This document shows, in pieces, positions 1 through 9,679 of a stretch of 42,927 nucleotides of DNA (position 1 is its first letter; every line of letters begins with the position of its first letter). Made by a program: the position numbers and the translations under genes. The DNA is from Escherichia virus mEp460_4F5. The notes below the pieces were generated by a model. The model searched no databases. It worked only from the letters and a program-made list of their open reading frames with translations, and was not told the DNA's origin. Where the stretch lies: the sequence record LR595868.1; one strand, 5' to 3'.

Positions 1-188
1 CCACGGGGCGGGAGCGCGGAAAAAGGCTAGTTTTTGAAATTTCATTCGTCATCACCACTACTGTAATAGATTGATATTACAGTGGTTTTATTTTTATGGT
101 GTCGATTTTGATTGTTTTTTGTTCATCACTAACACCGTTTGCCTAAAGTTGTTCGCAAGATGCATGTTTAAAACATTCTGGAGCGGGT
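1..188. other. Non-coding leader upstream of the terminase small-subunit gene; probable cos-proximal terminase-binding region
   Basis: No convincing ORF; lies immediately 5' of the Nu1-like gene, and the window ends just after the lysis cassette, as expected for a cos-to-cos genome. No cosN sequence was identified by eye. Confidence 0.3.
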
Positions 189-683
189 ATGGATCGAGAG
201 TTGAAAAATCTGACGCTGAATATCAGTCAACTGGCGGCACTGTCAGGTGTACATCGCCAGACTGCTGCGGCAAGGCTGCAAAATCTACCCGTTGCAGGGG
301 GGCATGAAAGCAACCTCAAGCTTTATCGGGTGGTTGATATTGTGTCGGCATTTCTGGCATTACCACCGCCGGTTGCAGAAGGCGAAATGGACGCGCATGA
401 GCGCAAAGCCTGGTATCAGTCTGAACGTGAGCGTCTTAAGTTCGAACAGGAAACGGCACAACTCATTCCGGCCAGTGATGTCAGACGGGAGTTTGCCATC
501 TGGGCAAAAGCGGTCGTGCAGGTGCTGGAGACATTACCGGATATTCTTGAACGTGACTGCGGTCTGCAGCCTGCCGCTGTGAGCCGTGTTCAGTTCATTA
601 TTGATGATCTGCGCGATCAGATAGCCCTGCGGGTGACTGAAGCAGGTGCGGATGATGAGGAGGAATTACAGCAGGAGGAGTAA
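189..683 (+). CDS. nu1: Terminase small subunit (Nu1-like)
   Basis: 164-aa ORF directly upstream of and overlapping the terminase large-subunit gene (TAATG junction); N-terminal helix-turn-helix-like segment and acidic C-terminus, same architecture as lambda Nu1. Confidence 0.7.
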   Translation: MDRELKNLTLNISQLAALSGVHRQTAAARLQNLPVAGGHESNLKLYRVVDIVSAFLALPPPVAEGEMDAHERKAWYQSERERLKFEQETAQLIPASDVRREFAIWAKAVVQVLETLPDILERDCGLQPAAVSRVQFIIDDLRDQIALRVTEAGADDEEELQQEE

Positions 684-2785
684 TGCTGAATCAGGAAACC
701 GCAAAGGCAGCACGAACCGATTCAGGTTATATCCTTCGAGCACCGAGACGAATGCGGGTTGCTGATGCCGTTGCTCAGTATATGCGGGTGCCCATGGGGG
801 CAGGGAACTCAGTCCCGTGGGATCCGCTGGTGGCACCGTATGTTATTGAGCCGATGAACTGCCTGGCCTCGCGTGAATACGACGCAGTGATATTTGTTGG
901 CCCGGCACGAACCGGCAAGACTATCGGCCTGATTGACGGCTGGGTGATTTACAACGTGATTTGCGATCCTGCTGATATGCTGATCATTCAGATGACGGAG
1001 GAAAAAGCCCGCGAACACTCCAAAAAACGACTCGCCAGAACGTTTCGCGTCAGCCCGGAAGTGGTCAGTCGCCTGAGTCCGAACAAAAATGACAACAACG
1101 TTTATGACAGAACATTCCTTGCTGGCAACTACCTGAAAATCGGCTGGCCGTCAGTCAATATCATGTCCTCATCAGATTATAAATGCGTCGCGCTGACGGA
1201 TTATGACCGTTTTCCGGAAGATATTGATGGCGAGGGGGATGCCTTCTCTCTTGCCTCAAAACGTACCACCACATTTATGTCCAGCGGTATGACGCTGGTG
1301 GAGAGTTCCCCCGGCAGGGATGTGAAGGATGTGAAATGGCGACGGACTTCACCGCATGAGGCTCCACCAACCACGGGGATCCTGTCGCTCTATAACCGTG
1401 GTGATCGCCGTCGCTGGTACTGGCCCTGTCCACACTGTGGTGAGTATTTTCAGCCCTGCGGCGATGTGGTTGCTGGTTTCCGTGATATTGCCGATCCCGT
1501 GCTGGCAAGTGAGGCGGCTTATATTCAGTGTCCTTCCTGTTCAGGACGGATTATGCCTGAACAAAAACGTGAGCTGAACGGACGTGGGGTCTGGTTGCGG
1601 GATGGTGAATCCATCAATGCGGATGGCAGTCGTTATGGTGATCCCCGACGCTCACGTATTGCGTCATTCTGGATGGAGGGTCCGGCAGCTGCTTACCAGA
1701 CACTCTCGCAACTCGTTTACAAACTGCTTACTGCAGAACAGGAATACGAGACAACCGGAAGTGAAGAAACACTCAAGACGGTTATCAATACCGACTGGGG
1801 ATTACCTTATCTTCCCCGCGCCAGCATGGAGCAACGAAAAAGTGAACTGCTTGAGCAGCGGGCAGAGCCAGTTCTTTCCCGCAGTGTGCCGGATGGCGTT
1901 AATTTCCTTGTGGCGACAGTGGATGTGCAGGCGGGACGTCATCGCCGTTTTGTGGTTCAGGTAACGGGCTATGGCAGCCGTGGCGAACGCTGGATTATTG
2001 ATCGTTACAACATCACGCAGTCATTGCGCGGTGACAGCGACGGGGAGAGCCAGCGAATTGATCCGGCCAGCTATCCGGAAGACTGGGATGTCCTGCTGAC
2101 GGATGTTTTTCATAAAAGCTGGCCGCTGGCCTCCAATCCTTCTCAACAAATGCGACTGATGGCAATGGCGGTGGACTCCGGCGGTGAAGACGGGGTCACT
2201 GATAATGCCTATAAATTCTGGCGTCGTTGCCGTCGTGATGGCCTTGGTAAACGTATTTACCTGTTTAAGGGCGACAGCATCCGGCGCGCAAAACTGATCA
2301 CCCGTACATTCCCTGATAACACCGGACGAACGGGCCGACGGGCGCAGGCCGCAGGTGATGTGCCGCTCTGGCTTCTTCAGACGGATGCCCTGAAAGACCG
2401 GGTGAATAACGCGTTATGGCGTGACTCGCCAGGTCCCGGCTATGTGCATTTCCCTGACTGGCTGGGGAGCTGGTTTTACGACGAACTGACGTATGAAGAG
2501 CGGAGCAGTGACGGGAAATGGAGTAAGCCGGGGCGCGGTGCCAACGAAGCTTTTGACCTGATGGTGTATGCCGAGGCTCTGGTCATTCTGCATGGATACG
2601 AAAAGATCCGCTGGCCGGATGCACCGGAGTGGGCGAGCCGGGAAACCTGGCTGGAGTGTGTCCCGGACAGTACCGAACCGTCACCCACACCGGAACCTGT
2701 ATCCACGCCTGTTAAAAAACAAAAACGGAAGAAAACAGTAACTGACGATGTTAACCCCTGGCTGACTTCCGGAGGATGGTTATGA
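683..2785 (+). CDS. A: Terminase large subunit (lambda gpA-like)
   Basis: 700-aa ORF; AGGAGG ribosome-binding site at about 673-678; sequence VIFVGPARTGKT (Walker A-like ATPase motif); position and size match lambda A. Confidence 0.9.
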   Translation: MLNQETAKAARTDSGYILRAPRRMRVADAVAQYMRVPMGAGNSVPWDPLVAPYVIEPMNCLASREYDAVIFVGPARTGKTIGLIDGWVIYNVICDPADMLIIQMTEEKAREHSKKRLARTFRVSPEVVSRLSPNKNDNNVYDRTFLAGNYLKIGWPSVNIMSSSDYKCVALTDYDRFPEDIDGEGDAFSLASKRTTTFMSSGMTLVESSPGRDVKDVKWRRTSPHEAPPTTGILSLYNRGDRRRWYWPCPHCGEYFQPCGDVVAGFRDIADPVLASEAAYIQCPSCSGRIMPEQKRELNGRGVWLRDGESINADGSRYGDPRRSRIASFWMEGPAAAYQTLSQLVYKLLTAEQEYETTGSEETLKTVINTDWGLPYLPRASMEQRKSELLEQRAEPVLSRSVPDGVNFLVATVDVQAGRHRRFVVQVTGYGSRGERWIIDRYNITQSLRGDSDGESQRIDPASYPEDWDVLLTDVFHKSWPLASNPSQQMRLMAMAVDSGGEDGVTDNAYKFWRRCRRDGLGKRIYLFKGDSIRRAKLITRTFPDNTGRTGRRAQAAGDVPLWLLQTDALKDRVNNALWRDSPGPGYVHFPDWLGSWFYDELTYEERSSDGKWSKPGRGANEAFDLMVYAEALVILHGYEKIRWPDAPEWASRETWLECVPDSTEPSPTPEPVSTPVKKQKRKKTVTDDVNPWLTSGGWL

Positions 2786-2994
2786 ACCAGAATGATATCG
2801 AAGCCATGATTCAGCGTTATACGGAAGCTGAAATGGCGGTGCTGGACGGAAAATCCGTCACCTTTAATGGTCAGCAGATGACCATGGAAAACTTATCTGA
2901 GATCCGGCAGGGACGGCAGGAGTGGGAGCGCCGCCTTGCGGCTCTGATTACACGACGACGGGGGCATCCCGGGTACCGGCTGGCGAGGTTCTGA
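2782..2994 (+). CDS. W: Head-tail joining protein gpW-like
   Basis: About 70-aa ORF between terminase and portal; start chosen at the ATG at 2782 (GGAGG about 6 nt upstream), which forms an ATGA overlap with the terminase stop; the stop overlaps the portal start. Confidence 0.65.
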   Translation: MNQNDIEAMIQRYTEAEMAVLDGKSVTFNGQQMTMENLSEIRQGRQEWERRLAALITRRRGHPGYRLARF

Positions 2995-4502
2995 TGGCAA
3001 TTCTTGATGATGTGATTGGCGTTTTTTCACCAGGATGGAAAGCGGCAAGGCTGCGTTCCCGTGCGGTGATCCAGGCTTATGAGGCCGTAAAAACGACGCG
3101 GACACACAAAGCCCGGCGGGAAAACCGAACTGCCGACCAGTTAAGCCAGTACGGGGCCGTGTCGTTACGTGAGCAGGCCCGTTACCTTGATAACAACCAC
3201 GATCTGGTTATTGGTGTATTTGACAAGCTGGAAGAACGGGTGGTGGGGAAAAACGGGATTATTGTCGAGCCACATCCGGTATTACGCAATGGGGCCATTG
3301 CCCGTGACCTGGCTGCGGAGATTCGCACCCGATGGAGTGAATGGTCTGTCAGCCCGGAAGTCACCGGGCAGTTTACCCGTCCGATGCTGGAACGTCTGAT
3401 GCTGCGTACCTGGCTGCGCGATGGTGAGGTGTTTGCCCAGATGGTTTCCGGGCGCATAAACAGCCTGACGCCTTCTGCCGGTGTTCATTTCTGGCTGGAG
3501 GCGCTCGAGCCGGACTTTATTCCCATGACCAGTGATGAGAGCAACAGGCTGAATCAGGGCGTGTTTGTTGATGACTGGGGGCGTCCCGAAAAATATCTGG
3601 TGTATAAAAGCCGTCCCGTATCCGGACGGCAGATGGAAACCAAAGAAGTGGATGCAGAGCGAATGCTGCATCTTAAATTTGTTCGCCGTCTGCACCAGAT
3701 GCGCGGGACGTCTTTGTTGTCCGGTGTGCTGATCCGCCTCAGTGCCCTGAAAGAGTATGAAGATTCTGAGCTGACTGCAGCAAGGATCGCCGCTGCTCTG
3801 GGGATGTACATCCGCAAAGGCGACGGGCAGAGCTATGAACCGGATGGTAATGGCAGCAAGGATAAGGAACGCGAGCTTACCATTCAGCCAGGCATTATTT
3901 ACGACGATCTGAAACCCGGCGAAGAAATCGGAATGGTGAAGTCGGATCGTCCCAATCCTAACCTTGAAACTTTTCGTAATGGTCAGTTGCGTGCCGTGGC
4001 GGCGGGCAGTCGTCTGAGTTTTTCCAGTACGGCACGCAACTATAACGGTACTTACAGCGCCCAGCGTCAGGAACTGGTTGAGTCTACTGATGGCTACCTG
4101 ATCCTGCAGGACTGGTTTATTGGTGCCGTCACCCGCCCGATGTATCGTGCCTGGCTGAAACAGGCTGTGGCATCCGGTGTTATCAGGCTACCCCGCGATC
4201 TTGACCGTTCTTCACTGTATACCGCGGTGTATTCCGGACCGGTGATGCCGTGGATTGACCCTGTTAAGGAGGCTGAGGCCTGGAAAATCCAGATTCGTGG
4301 TGGAGCGGCGACAGAATCAGACTGGGTACGTGCAGGTGGTCGTAATCCGGATGATGTCAAACGTCGGCGCAAGGCCGAAATTGATGAAAACCGCAAGCTG
4401 GATCTGGTATTTGATACCGATCCAGCCAGTGATAAAGGAGGCAGCAGTGCCGCAACGAAACGACAGGAGCCGCAGCATACCGACGACCAGTCCGAAGAAT
4501 AA
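2994..4502 (+). CDS. B: Portal protein (lambda B family)
   Basis: About 500-aa ORF following W with an ATGA overlap; the ORF track extends it upstream from 2922, but the in-frame ATG at 2994 coincides with the W stop. Confidence 0.8.
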   Translation: MAILDDVIGVFSPGWKAARLRSRAVIQAYEAVKTTRTHKARRENRTADQLSQYGAVSLREQARYLDNNHDLVIGVFDKLEERVVGKNGIIVEPHPVLRNGAIARDLAAEIRTRWSEWSVSPEVTGQFTRPMLERLMLRTWLRDGEVFAQMVSGRINSLTPSAGVHFWLEALEPDFIPMTSDESNRLNQGVFVDDWGRPEKYLVYKSRPVSGRQMETKEVDAERMLHLKFVRRLHQMRGTSLLSGVLIRLSALKEYEDSELTAARIAAALGMYIRKGDGQSYEPDGNGSKDKERELTIQPGIIYDDLKPGEEIGMVKSDRPNPNLETFRNGQLRAVAAGSRLSFSSTARNYNGTYSAQRQELVESTDGYLILQDWFIGAVTRPMYRAWLKQAVASGVIRLPRDLDRSSLYTAVYSGPVMPWIDPVKEAEAWKIQIRGGAATESDWVRAGGRNPDDVKRRRKAEIDENRKLDLVFDTDPASDKGGSSAATKRQEPQHTDDQSEE

Positions 4503-4515
4503 TTCCTGGTTCAGG

Positions 4516-6474
4516 ATGCAGGCTGGTCACCAGAGTGACGCGGATATTTATATTTATGACGAGATTGGTTTCTGGGGTGTTACAGCGAAGCAGTTTATCA
4601 GTGATCTGAATGCACTGGGCGATATCACCCACATTAATCTCCATATTAATTCACCGGGTGGCGATGTCTTTGAAGGCATCGCCATTTTTAATGCGCTGAA
4701 AACACATGGTGCGTCCATTACCGTTTATGTCGACGGTGTGGCGGCGTCAATGGCGTCGGTCATTGCGATGGTGGGAAACCCGGTCATTATGCCGGAAAAC
4801 ACCTTCATGATGATTCATAAACCATTTGGCTTTACGGGCGGTGATGCGGAGGACATGCGCACCTATGCCGACCTGCTCGATAAGGTTGAGGCGGTTCTGT
4901 TACCCGCTTATGCACAGAAAACCGGGAAAACCACCGATGAAATTGCTGCCATGCTGGCGGATGAGACCTGGATGTCCGGTGCCGAATGTCTGGCACATGG
5001 ATTTGCTGATCAGGTAACGCCAGCCGTTAAGGCAATGGCATGTATTCAGTCAAAACGTACAGAGGAATTTAAAAAGATGCCGGAATCCATTCGAAACATG
5101 ATTACTCCGCCACGCAACAGTGCTCCACGCGTACAGGATGATGAACCTGCAGCCTCCCGGACGCCAGTGCAGGCAGCAGCACCCGTGGTGGATGAAAACA
5201 GTATCCGTGCGCAGGTACTGGCAGAGCAAAAAGCGCGTGTAAACGGTATTAATGATCTGTTTGCCATGTTTGGCGGGCGTTATCAGACGCTGCAGGCTCA
5301 GTGTCTTGCCGATCCTGAATGTTCGCTGGAGCGGGCCCGCGAAAAGCTGTTGAACGAGATGGGGCGCGAGTCCACGCCATCCAATAAAAATACCCCGGCT
5401 CATATTTATGCCGGTAACGGTAATTTTGTGGGGGACGGGATCCGCCAGGCGCTGATGGCGCGTGCCGGATTTGAAAAAACCGAACGTGATAATGTCTACA
5501 ACGGGATGACCCTGCGTGAATATGCCCGTATGTCACTGACTGAACGGGGTATTGGGGTTTCCAGTTATAACCCGATGCAGATGGTCGGTGCGGCGTTCAC
5601 ACACAGTACGTCTGACTTCGGTAATATTCTGCTGGATGTTGCGAACAAAGCCATTCTGCAGGGCTGGGAAGATGCCCCTGAAACCTATGAACAGTGGACG
5701 CGGAAAGGTCAGTTGTCTGATTTTAAAATTGCCCATCGTGTGGGTATGGGGGGCTTCAGTGCTCTGCGTCAGGTGCGTGAAGGGGCGGAATATAAATACG
5801 TCACCACCGGAGATAAACAGGCCACTATTGCACTGGCGACCTATGGCGAGCTGTTCAGTATCACCCGTCAGGCCATTATCAATGATGATCTGAATATGCT
5901 GACCGATGTCCCGATGAAACTGGGCCGTGCGGCGAAATCCACTATTGCCGATCTGGTTTATGCCATTCTGACGTCTAACCCGAAAATCTCCACAGATAAT
6001 GTAAGTCTGTTCGATAAAGCGAAACATGCAAACGTACTGGAGAGCGCTGCAATGGACGTGGCATCGCTGGATAAAGCCCGCCAGTTGATGCGCGTTCAGA
6101 AAGAGGGGGAGCGTCATCTGAATATTCGTCCTGCGTTCGTACTGGTACCGACGGCGATGGAGTCTGTTGCTAACCAGGTCATTCGCTCCTCAAGTGTCAA
6201 GGGGGCTGACATTAACGCCGGTATTATTAACCCGGTGAAAGATTTTGCGACCGTTATTGCAGAGCCTCGTCTTGATGATAACAGCCAGACCACCTTCTAC
6301 CTGGCTGCGTCAAAAGGCTCCGATACGATTGAAGTGGCTTATCTCAACGGTGTGGATACGCCATATATTGATCAGATGGAGGGCTTCAGTGTGGATGGCG
6401 TGACAACGAAAGTGCGTATTGACGCCGGTGTCGCGCCAGTTGATCACCGCGGTCTGGTGAAATGTACGGCGTAA
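4516..6474 (+). CDS. Prohead protease (ClpP/S49-like) fused to major capsid protein
   Basis: About 650-aa ORF; the track ORF starts at 4255 inside the portal gene, but the first in-frame ATG after the portal stop is 4516. The N-terminal third carries a ClpP-like serine protease signature (INSPGGDVFEG ... GVAASMASVIAM); the remainder is capsid-sized; followed by a terminator. Confidence 0.75.
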   Translation: MQAGHQSDADIYIYDEIGFWGVTAKQFISDLNALGDITHINLHINSPGGDVFEGIAIFNALKTHGASITVYVDGVAASMASVIAMVGNPVIMPENTFMMIHKPFGFTGGDAEDMRTYADLLDKVEAVLLPAYAQKTGKTTDEIAAMLADETWMSGAECLAHGFADQVTPAVKAMACIQSKRTEEFKKMPESIRNMITPPRNSAPRVQDDEPAASRTPVQAAAPVVDENSIRAQVLAEQKARVNGINDLFAMFGGRYQTLQAQCLADPECSLERAREKLLNEMGRESTPSNKNTPAHIYAGNGNFVGDGIRQALMARAGFEKTERDNVYNGMTLREYARMSLTERGIGVSSYNPMQMVGAAFTHSTSDFGNILLDVANKAILQGWEDAPETYEQWTRKGQLSDFKIAHRVGMGGFSALRQVREGAEYKYVTTGDKQATIALATYGELFSITRQAIINDDLNMLTDVPMKLGRAAKSTIADLVYAILTSNPKISTDNVSLFDKAKHANVLESAAMDVASLDKARQLMRVQKEGERHLNIRPAFVLVPTAMESVANQVIRSSSVKGADINAGIINPVKDFATVIAEPRLDDNSQTTFYLAASKGSDTIEVAYLNGVDTPYIDQMEGFSVDGVTTKVRIDAGVAPVDHRGLVKCTA

Positions 6475-6498
6475 ACGTCGCAGACAACAACTCTGATG

Positions 6499-6517
6499 GC
6501 CCGTAAGGGCTTTTTTT
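6499..6517 (+). terminator. Probable intrinsic terminator after the capsid gene
   Basis: Short GC stem (GCCC/GGGC) followed by a run of about 7 T residues, immediately 3' of the capsid stop. Confidence 0.45.
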
Positions 6518-6560
6518 GTACCTGAAATCAGCCCCTGTACGGGGCTGTGCGGAGACAGTT

Positions 6561-6884
6561 ATGGCAAAGAATTTTGTAGAAGAAGGAAAAACGGTGGCGA
6601 TTGTTGCCAGTGCAGCCATCAGCAGCGGAGATCTGGTGCAGGTGGGTGATGTTTTTGCGGTGGCGCTGACCGATATTCCACAGGGTGAAACAGGCGACGG
6701 CATGACCGAAGGTGTGTTTATGCTGCCTAAGCTGAAAACGGATGACATGAAAACGGGTAAGAAGGTTTATCTGAAGTCCGGAAAAGTTCAGCTGACTAAC
6801 AGCGGCTCTGATCCGCTGGTCGGGGTTGTCTGGGCAGATGCCGGAACCAGTGCAGAAGAAGTGCCGGTAAAACTCAATGTCTGA
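6561..6884 (+). CDS. Small head protein, DUF2190-like (possible capsid decoration/cement protein)
   Basis: 107-aa ORF from the ATG at 6561 preceded by GGAGA; Gly/Val-rich beta-type sequence resembling DUF2190 proteins that follow major capsid genes. Family assignment is from memory. Confidence 0.5.
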   Translation: MAKNFVEEGKTVAIVASAAISSGDLVQVGDVFAVALTDIPQGETGDGMTEGVFMLPKLKTDDMKTGKKVYLKSGKVQLTNSGSDPLVGVVWADAGTSAEEVPVKLNV

Positions 6885-7152
6885 TCCCTTTTCCCGGCTG
6901 GCAGCGCGTATGGATGCGATCACGGTCAGAAAGATGGGAAAGACAGCCTCGATTAATGATGTCGATATGACTGTGATCCCGGGAGAAACACTGGCAGAGC
7001 TGAATGCTCTGTCCGGACCTGCGGTCTCTCTGGTGGTGTTTTCTTCGGGATACCGCCCACGGCGCGGGGATCGCGTTGTTTATGACGGACAACAATGGAC
7101 GGTCACACGGCATGAACGCTTTAACGGTAAGCCAATGATCTTTATTGAGTAA
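6877..7152 (+). CDS. FII: Head-tail attachment protein, lambda FII-like
   Basis: 91-aa ORF immediately upstream of gpZ; shares the N-terminal pattern and an RRGD motif with lambda FII as I recall it. Confidence 0.6.
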   Translation: MSDPFSRLAARMDAITVRKMGKTASINDVDMTVIPGETLAELNALSGPAVSLVVFSSGYRPRRGDRVVYDGQQWTVTRHERFNGKPMIFIE

Positions 7153-7163
7153 AGAGGTGTGGG

Positions 7164-7742
7164 ATGAAGGGGCTTGAGAATGCCATCCGCAATCTGAACA
7201 GCCTTGATACCCGTATGGTGCCACAGGCCAGCGCATGGGCGATAAACCGTGTGGCACAGAAAGCGGTCTCGGTTGCCACCCGGCAGGTTGCCGGGAATAC
7301 CGTTGCGGGAGATAACCAGGTGAAAGGGATCCCCCTGAAACTGGTACGTCAGCGTGTCCGGGTGTTTAAAGCCAGTCCGTCAGGAAAAATGACGGCCAGG
7401 ATCCGCGTTAACCGGGGCAATCTGCCCGCCATTAAGCTGGGGATAGCCCGGGTCAGACTGGCCCGGCGTGGTGGAAAACTGCAGTACCGTGGCAGTGTGC
7501 TGAAGGTGGGTAAATATCTTTTCCGGGATGCGTTTATTCAGCAACTGGCGAATGGTCGCTGGCATGTGATGCGGCGTATTGATGGCAAAAATCGTTACCC
7601 CATTGATGTGGTGAAAATCCCGCTGTCCGGACCGCTGACACAGGCATTTGAAGATGCCCGCGACCGCATCATTGCTGCGGAAATGCCGAAACAGCTGGGG
7701 TATGCACTGAAACAACAACTGAGGTTATGGCTGACCCGATGA
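7164..7742 (+). CDS. Z: Tail completion protein gpZ-like
   Basis: 192 aa, the same length as lambda Z, directly upstream of U with an ATGA overlap. Confidence 0.75.
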   Translation: MKGLENAIRNLNSLDTRMVPQASAWAINRVAQKAVSVATRQVAGNTVAGDNQVKGIPLKLVRQRVRVFKASPSGKMTARIRVNRGNLPAIKLGIARVRLARRGGKLQYRGSVLKVGKYLFRDAFIQQLANGRWHVMRRIDGKNRYPIDVVKIPLSGPLTQAFEDARDRIIAAEMPKQLGYALKQQLRLWLTR

Positions 7743-8140
7743 ACCGACATACACAAATCCGCCAGGTCGTACTGGCACGCCTTCGGGAACAGTGTGGAGA
7801 CAGCGCCACGTTTTTTGACGGGCTTCCGGCATTTGTTGATGCGCAGGAACTGCCTGCCGTGGTGGTGTGGCTGAGTGATGCTCAGTACACCGGAAAAATG
7901 ACGGATGAAGATGACTGGCAGGCTGTTCTGCATATTGCTGTCTTCATCCGGGCACAGGCACCGGATTCAGAGCTGGATATGTGGATGGAGAGCACCATTT
8001 TCCCGGCCCTGAATGATGTACCGGCACTTTCCGGACTCATCGACACCCTGATCCCACTCGGTTTTAACTATCAACGTGATAATGAGATGGCCACCTGGGC
8101 GATGACGGAAATCACGTACCAGATCACGTACACGAATTAA
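7739..8140 (+). CDS. U: Tail terminator protein gpU
   Basis: Strong resemblance to lambda U (GATFFDG ... AVVVWLSDAQYTG ... PDSELD.WMES ... ITYQITY); start placed at the ATG at 7739, overlapping the Z stop (the track alternative is 7727). Confidence 0.85.
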   Translation: MNRHTQIRQVVLARLREQCGDSATFFDGLPAFVDAQELPAVVVWLSDAQYTGKMTDEDDWQAVLHIAVFIRAQAPDSELDMWMESTIFPALNDVPALSGLIDTLIPLGFNYQRDNEMATWAMTEITYQITYTN

Positions 8141-8150
8141 GGAGGTGGCA

Positions 8151-8894
8151 ATGACCACACCAAATCCACTGGCAAAGACGAAAGGTGCGGGGACGACGTT
8201 CTGGATGTATACCGGCAACGGCGACGCATTTGCGAACCCTTTGTCGGACACTGACTGGCTGCGTCTTGCGATGGTGAAGGATCTGCAACCTGGCGAAATG
8301 ACCGCTGATGCAGAAGATGATACTTATCTCGATGATGAAGATGCAGACTGGAAAACGACAACCCAGGGGCAGAAATCAGTCGGTGATACTTCGGCGACGC
8401 TGGCCTGGCGTCCGGGTGACAGCGGGCAGAAAAAACTGGTTCAGTTGTTCGACTCCGGTGAAGTCTGCGCGTTTCGTATCAAATATCCCAACGGTACTGT
8501 TGATGTTTTCCGTGGCTGGCTGAGTTCACTGGGTAAAACCATTGCCTCAAAAGACGTGATGACCCGCACTGTGAAAATCAGCGGTGTGGGGCGTCCGTAT
8601 CTGGCAGAGGAAGGCACTGAAACAGTGAGCGTTACCGGGCTGACGGTGGCACCGGCATCTGCCAGTGTAAAAGTGGGAGCAACCACCACGCTGACCTTTA
8701 CAGTAAAACCTGACGGAGCCAGTGACAAAGCGATCAGTGTGCATTCGTCAGATCCACAGACTGCCACGGTGACCCTGAACGGGCTTGTAGCCACGGTGAA
8801 AGGCGTGAAGCAGGGCAGTGTCAGCATTGTGGGCATGACCGCTGACGGGAATTTTGTGGCTGTGGCTGCGGTGACTGTCAGCGCTGCAGGTTAA
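8151..8894 (+). CDS. V: Major tail protein gpV with C-terminal Ig-like domain
   Basis: Lambda V-like throughout (KGAGTT ... NPLSDTDW ... YLDDEDADW ... NGTVDVFRGW); AAGGAGG ribosome-binding site 5-6 nt upstream of the ATG at 8151. Confidence 0.9.
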   Translation: MTTPNPLAKTKGAGTTFWMYTGNGDAFANPLSDTDWLRLAMVKDLQPGEMTADAEDDTYLDDEDADWKTTTQGQKSVGDTSATLAWRPGDSGQKKLVQLFDSGEVCAFRIKYPNGTVDVFRGWLSSLGKTIASKDVMTRTVKISGVGRPYLAEEGTETVSVTGLTVAPASASVKVGATTTLTFTVKPDGASDKAISVHSSDPQTATVTLNGLVATVKGVKQGSVSIVGMTADGNFVAVAAVTVSAAG

Positions 8895-8914
8895 CAGGAC
8901 GATACTCATCATTT

Positions 8915-8938
8915 GCCCCGGTTATCCGGGGCTTTTTT
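8915..8938 (+). terminator. Intrinsic terminator downstream of V
   Basis: GCCCCGG-TTAT-CCGGGGC hairpin followed by TTTTTT. Confidence 0.6.
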
Positions 8939-8954
8939 GCAGGTGGAGAACATG

Positions 8955-9341
8955 ATGTTTCTGAAACAGGGCACGTTTAATTATGAAAAACAGTCCGTGG
9001 TGCTCAGTGAGCTGTCCGGGCTGCAGAGAATTGAATATCTGGCGTTTGTTCAGCAGCGAACGGCAAAGTTTGATGCCGGTGAGGGAGAACTGCCGGAGGC
9101 TGAACGACAGATTGCTTTTCTGCGGATGGGGATGGATATCAATGCCTGGCTGGTTTCCCGCTCACTGTGGAATGCGGATCAGTCTAAGGATGTAGAGACG
9201 CTTTGCGCATCCGTTATTACAACATGGTCGTATGATGCCCTGGGTGCGGGGGCGGAGATGGTTCTGTCGCTGAGCGGTATGGGGGCCATTGATAATGCCG
9301 GGGATGATGAGCATGAGGCGCTGACGCCGGAAAAGTCCTGA
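8955..9341 (+). CDS. G: Tail assembly chaperone gpG
   Basis: Lambda G-like (MFLK ... LSELS.LQRIE.LA); GGAG about 6 nt upstream of the ATG at 8955. Confidence 0.8.
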   Translation: MFLKQGTFNYEKQSVVLSELSGLQRIEYLAFVQQRTAKFDAGEGELPEAERQIAFLRMGMDINAWLVSRSLWNADQSKDVETLCASVITTWSYDALGAGAEMVLSLSGMGAIDNAGDDEHEALTPEKS

Positions 9342-9679
9342 CGCGGGAAATGCAGTTTGTCATGCGGCTTGCCCGGGAGTTCCGGCGGGCAGACTGGCGG
9401 CGGATGCTGTCGGAAATGTCGGCCACTGAGCTTGGTGAGTGGGGCGATTATTTCCGGATGCAGAGCTTCAGTGATGTGTGGATGGATGCGCAGTTTGCCT
9501 CGCTGAAGGCATTGATCGTGAGAATGGTGTCCGGCAGCAGTGATGCTGCGGTGGCTGATTTCAGCCTTTTACCGGAAGAGAACGGGATACCGGAGCGAAC
9601 GGACGAAGAACTGATGCATCTTGGGGAAGGTATTTCCGGAGGTGTGCGTTATGGACCAGATAGCCAACCTGGTCATTGA
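9317..9679 (+). CDS. T: gpT portion of the G-T fusion, expressed by programmed -1 frameshift from G
   Basis: The -1 frame relative to G is open from about 9317 to 9679, overlapping the end of G and the start of H; an A AAA G-type slip motif (CCGGAAAAG) sits at about 9327-9335. The G/GT arrangement is conserved in lambdoid tail modules. Confidence 0.55.
   Translation, partial: GADAGKVLTREMQFVMRLAREFRRADWRRMLSEMSATELGEWGDYFRMQSFSDVWMDAQFASLKALIVRMVSGSSDAAVADFSLLPEENGIPERTDEELMHLGEGISGGVRYGPDSQPGH

Noticed and set aside
71-582. Short ORFs at 71-307 and 247-582 overlapping the terminase small-subunit gene
   Set aside because: Alternative frames of the leader and Nu1 region; the 189-683 frame has the HTH-containing, Nu1-like product.
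5533-6117. 194-aa minus-strand ORF inside the capsid gene, plus other antisense ORFs at 1275-1508, 3282-3695, 13106-13765, 14084-14449, 19035-19289 and 34016-34816
   Set aside because: All are embedded antisense or out of frame within strongly supported genes; none has a ribosome-binding site or a protein-like composition.
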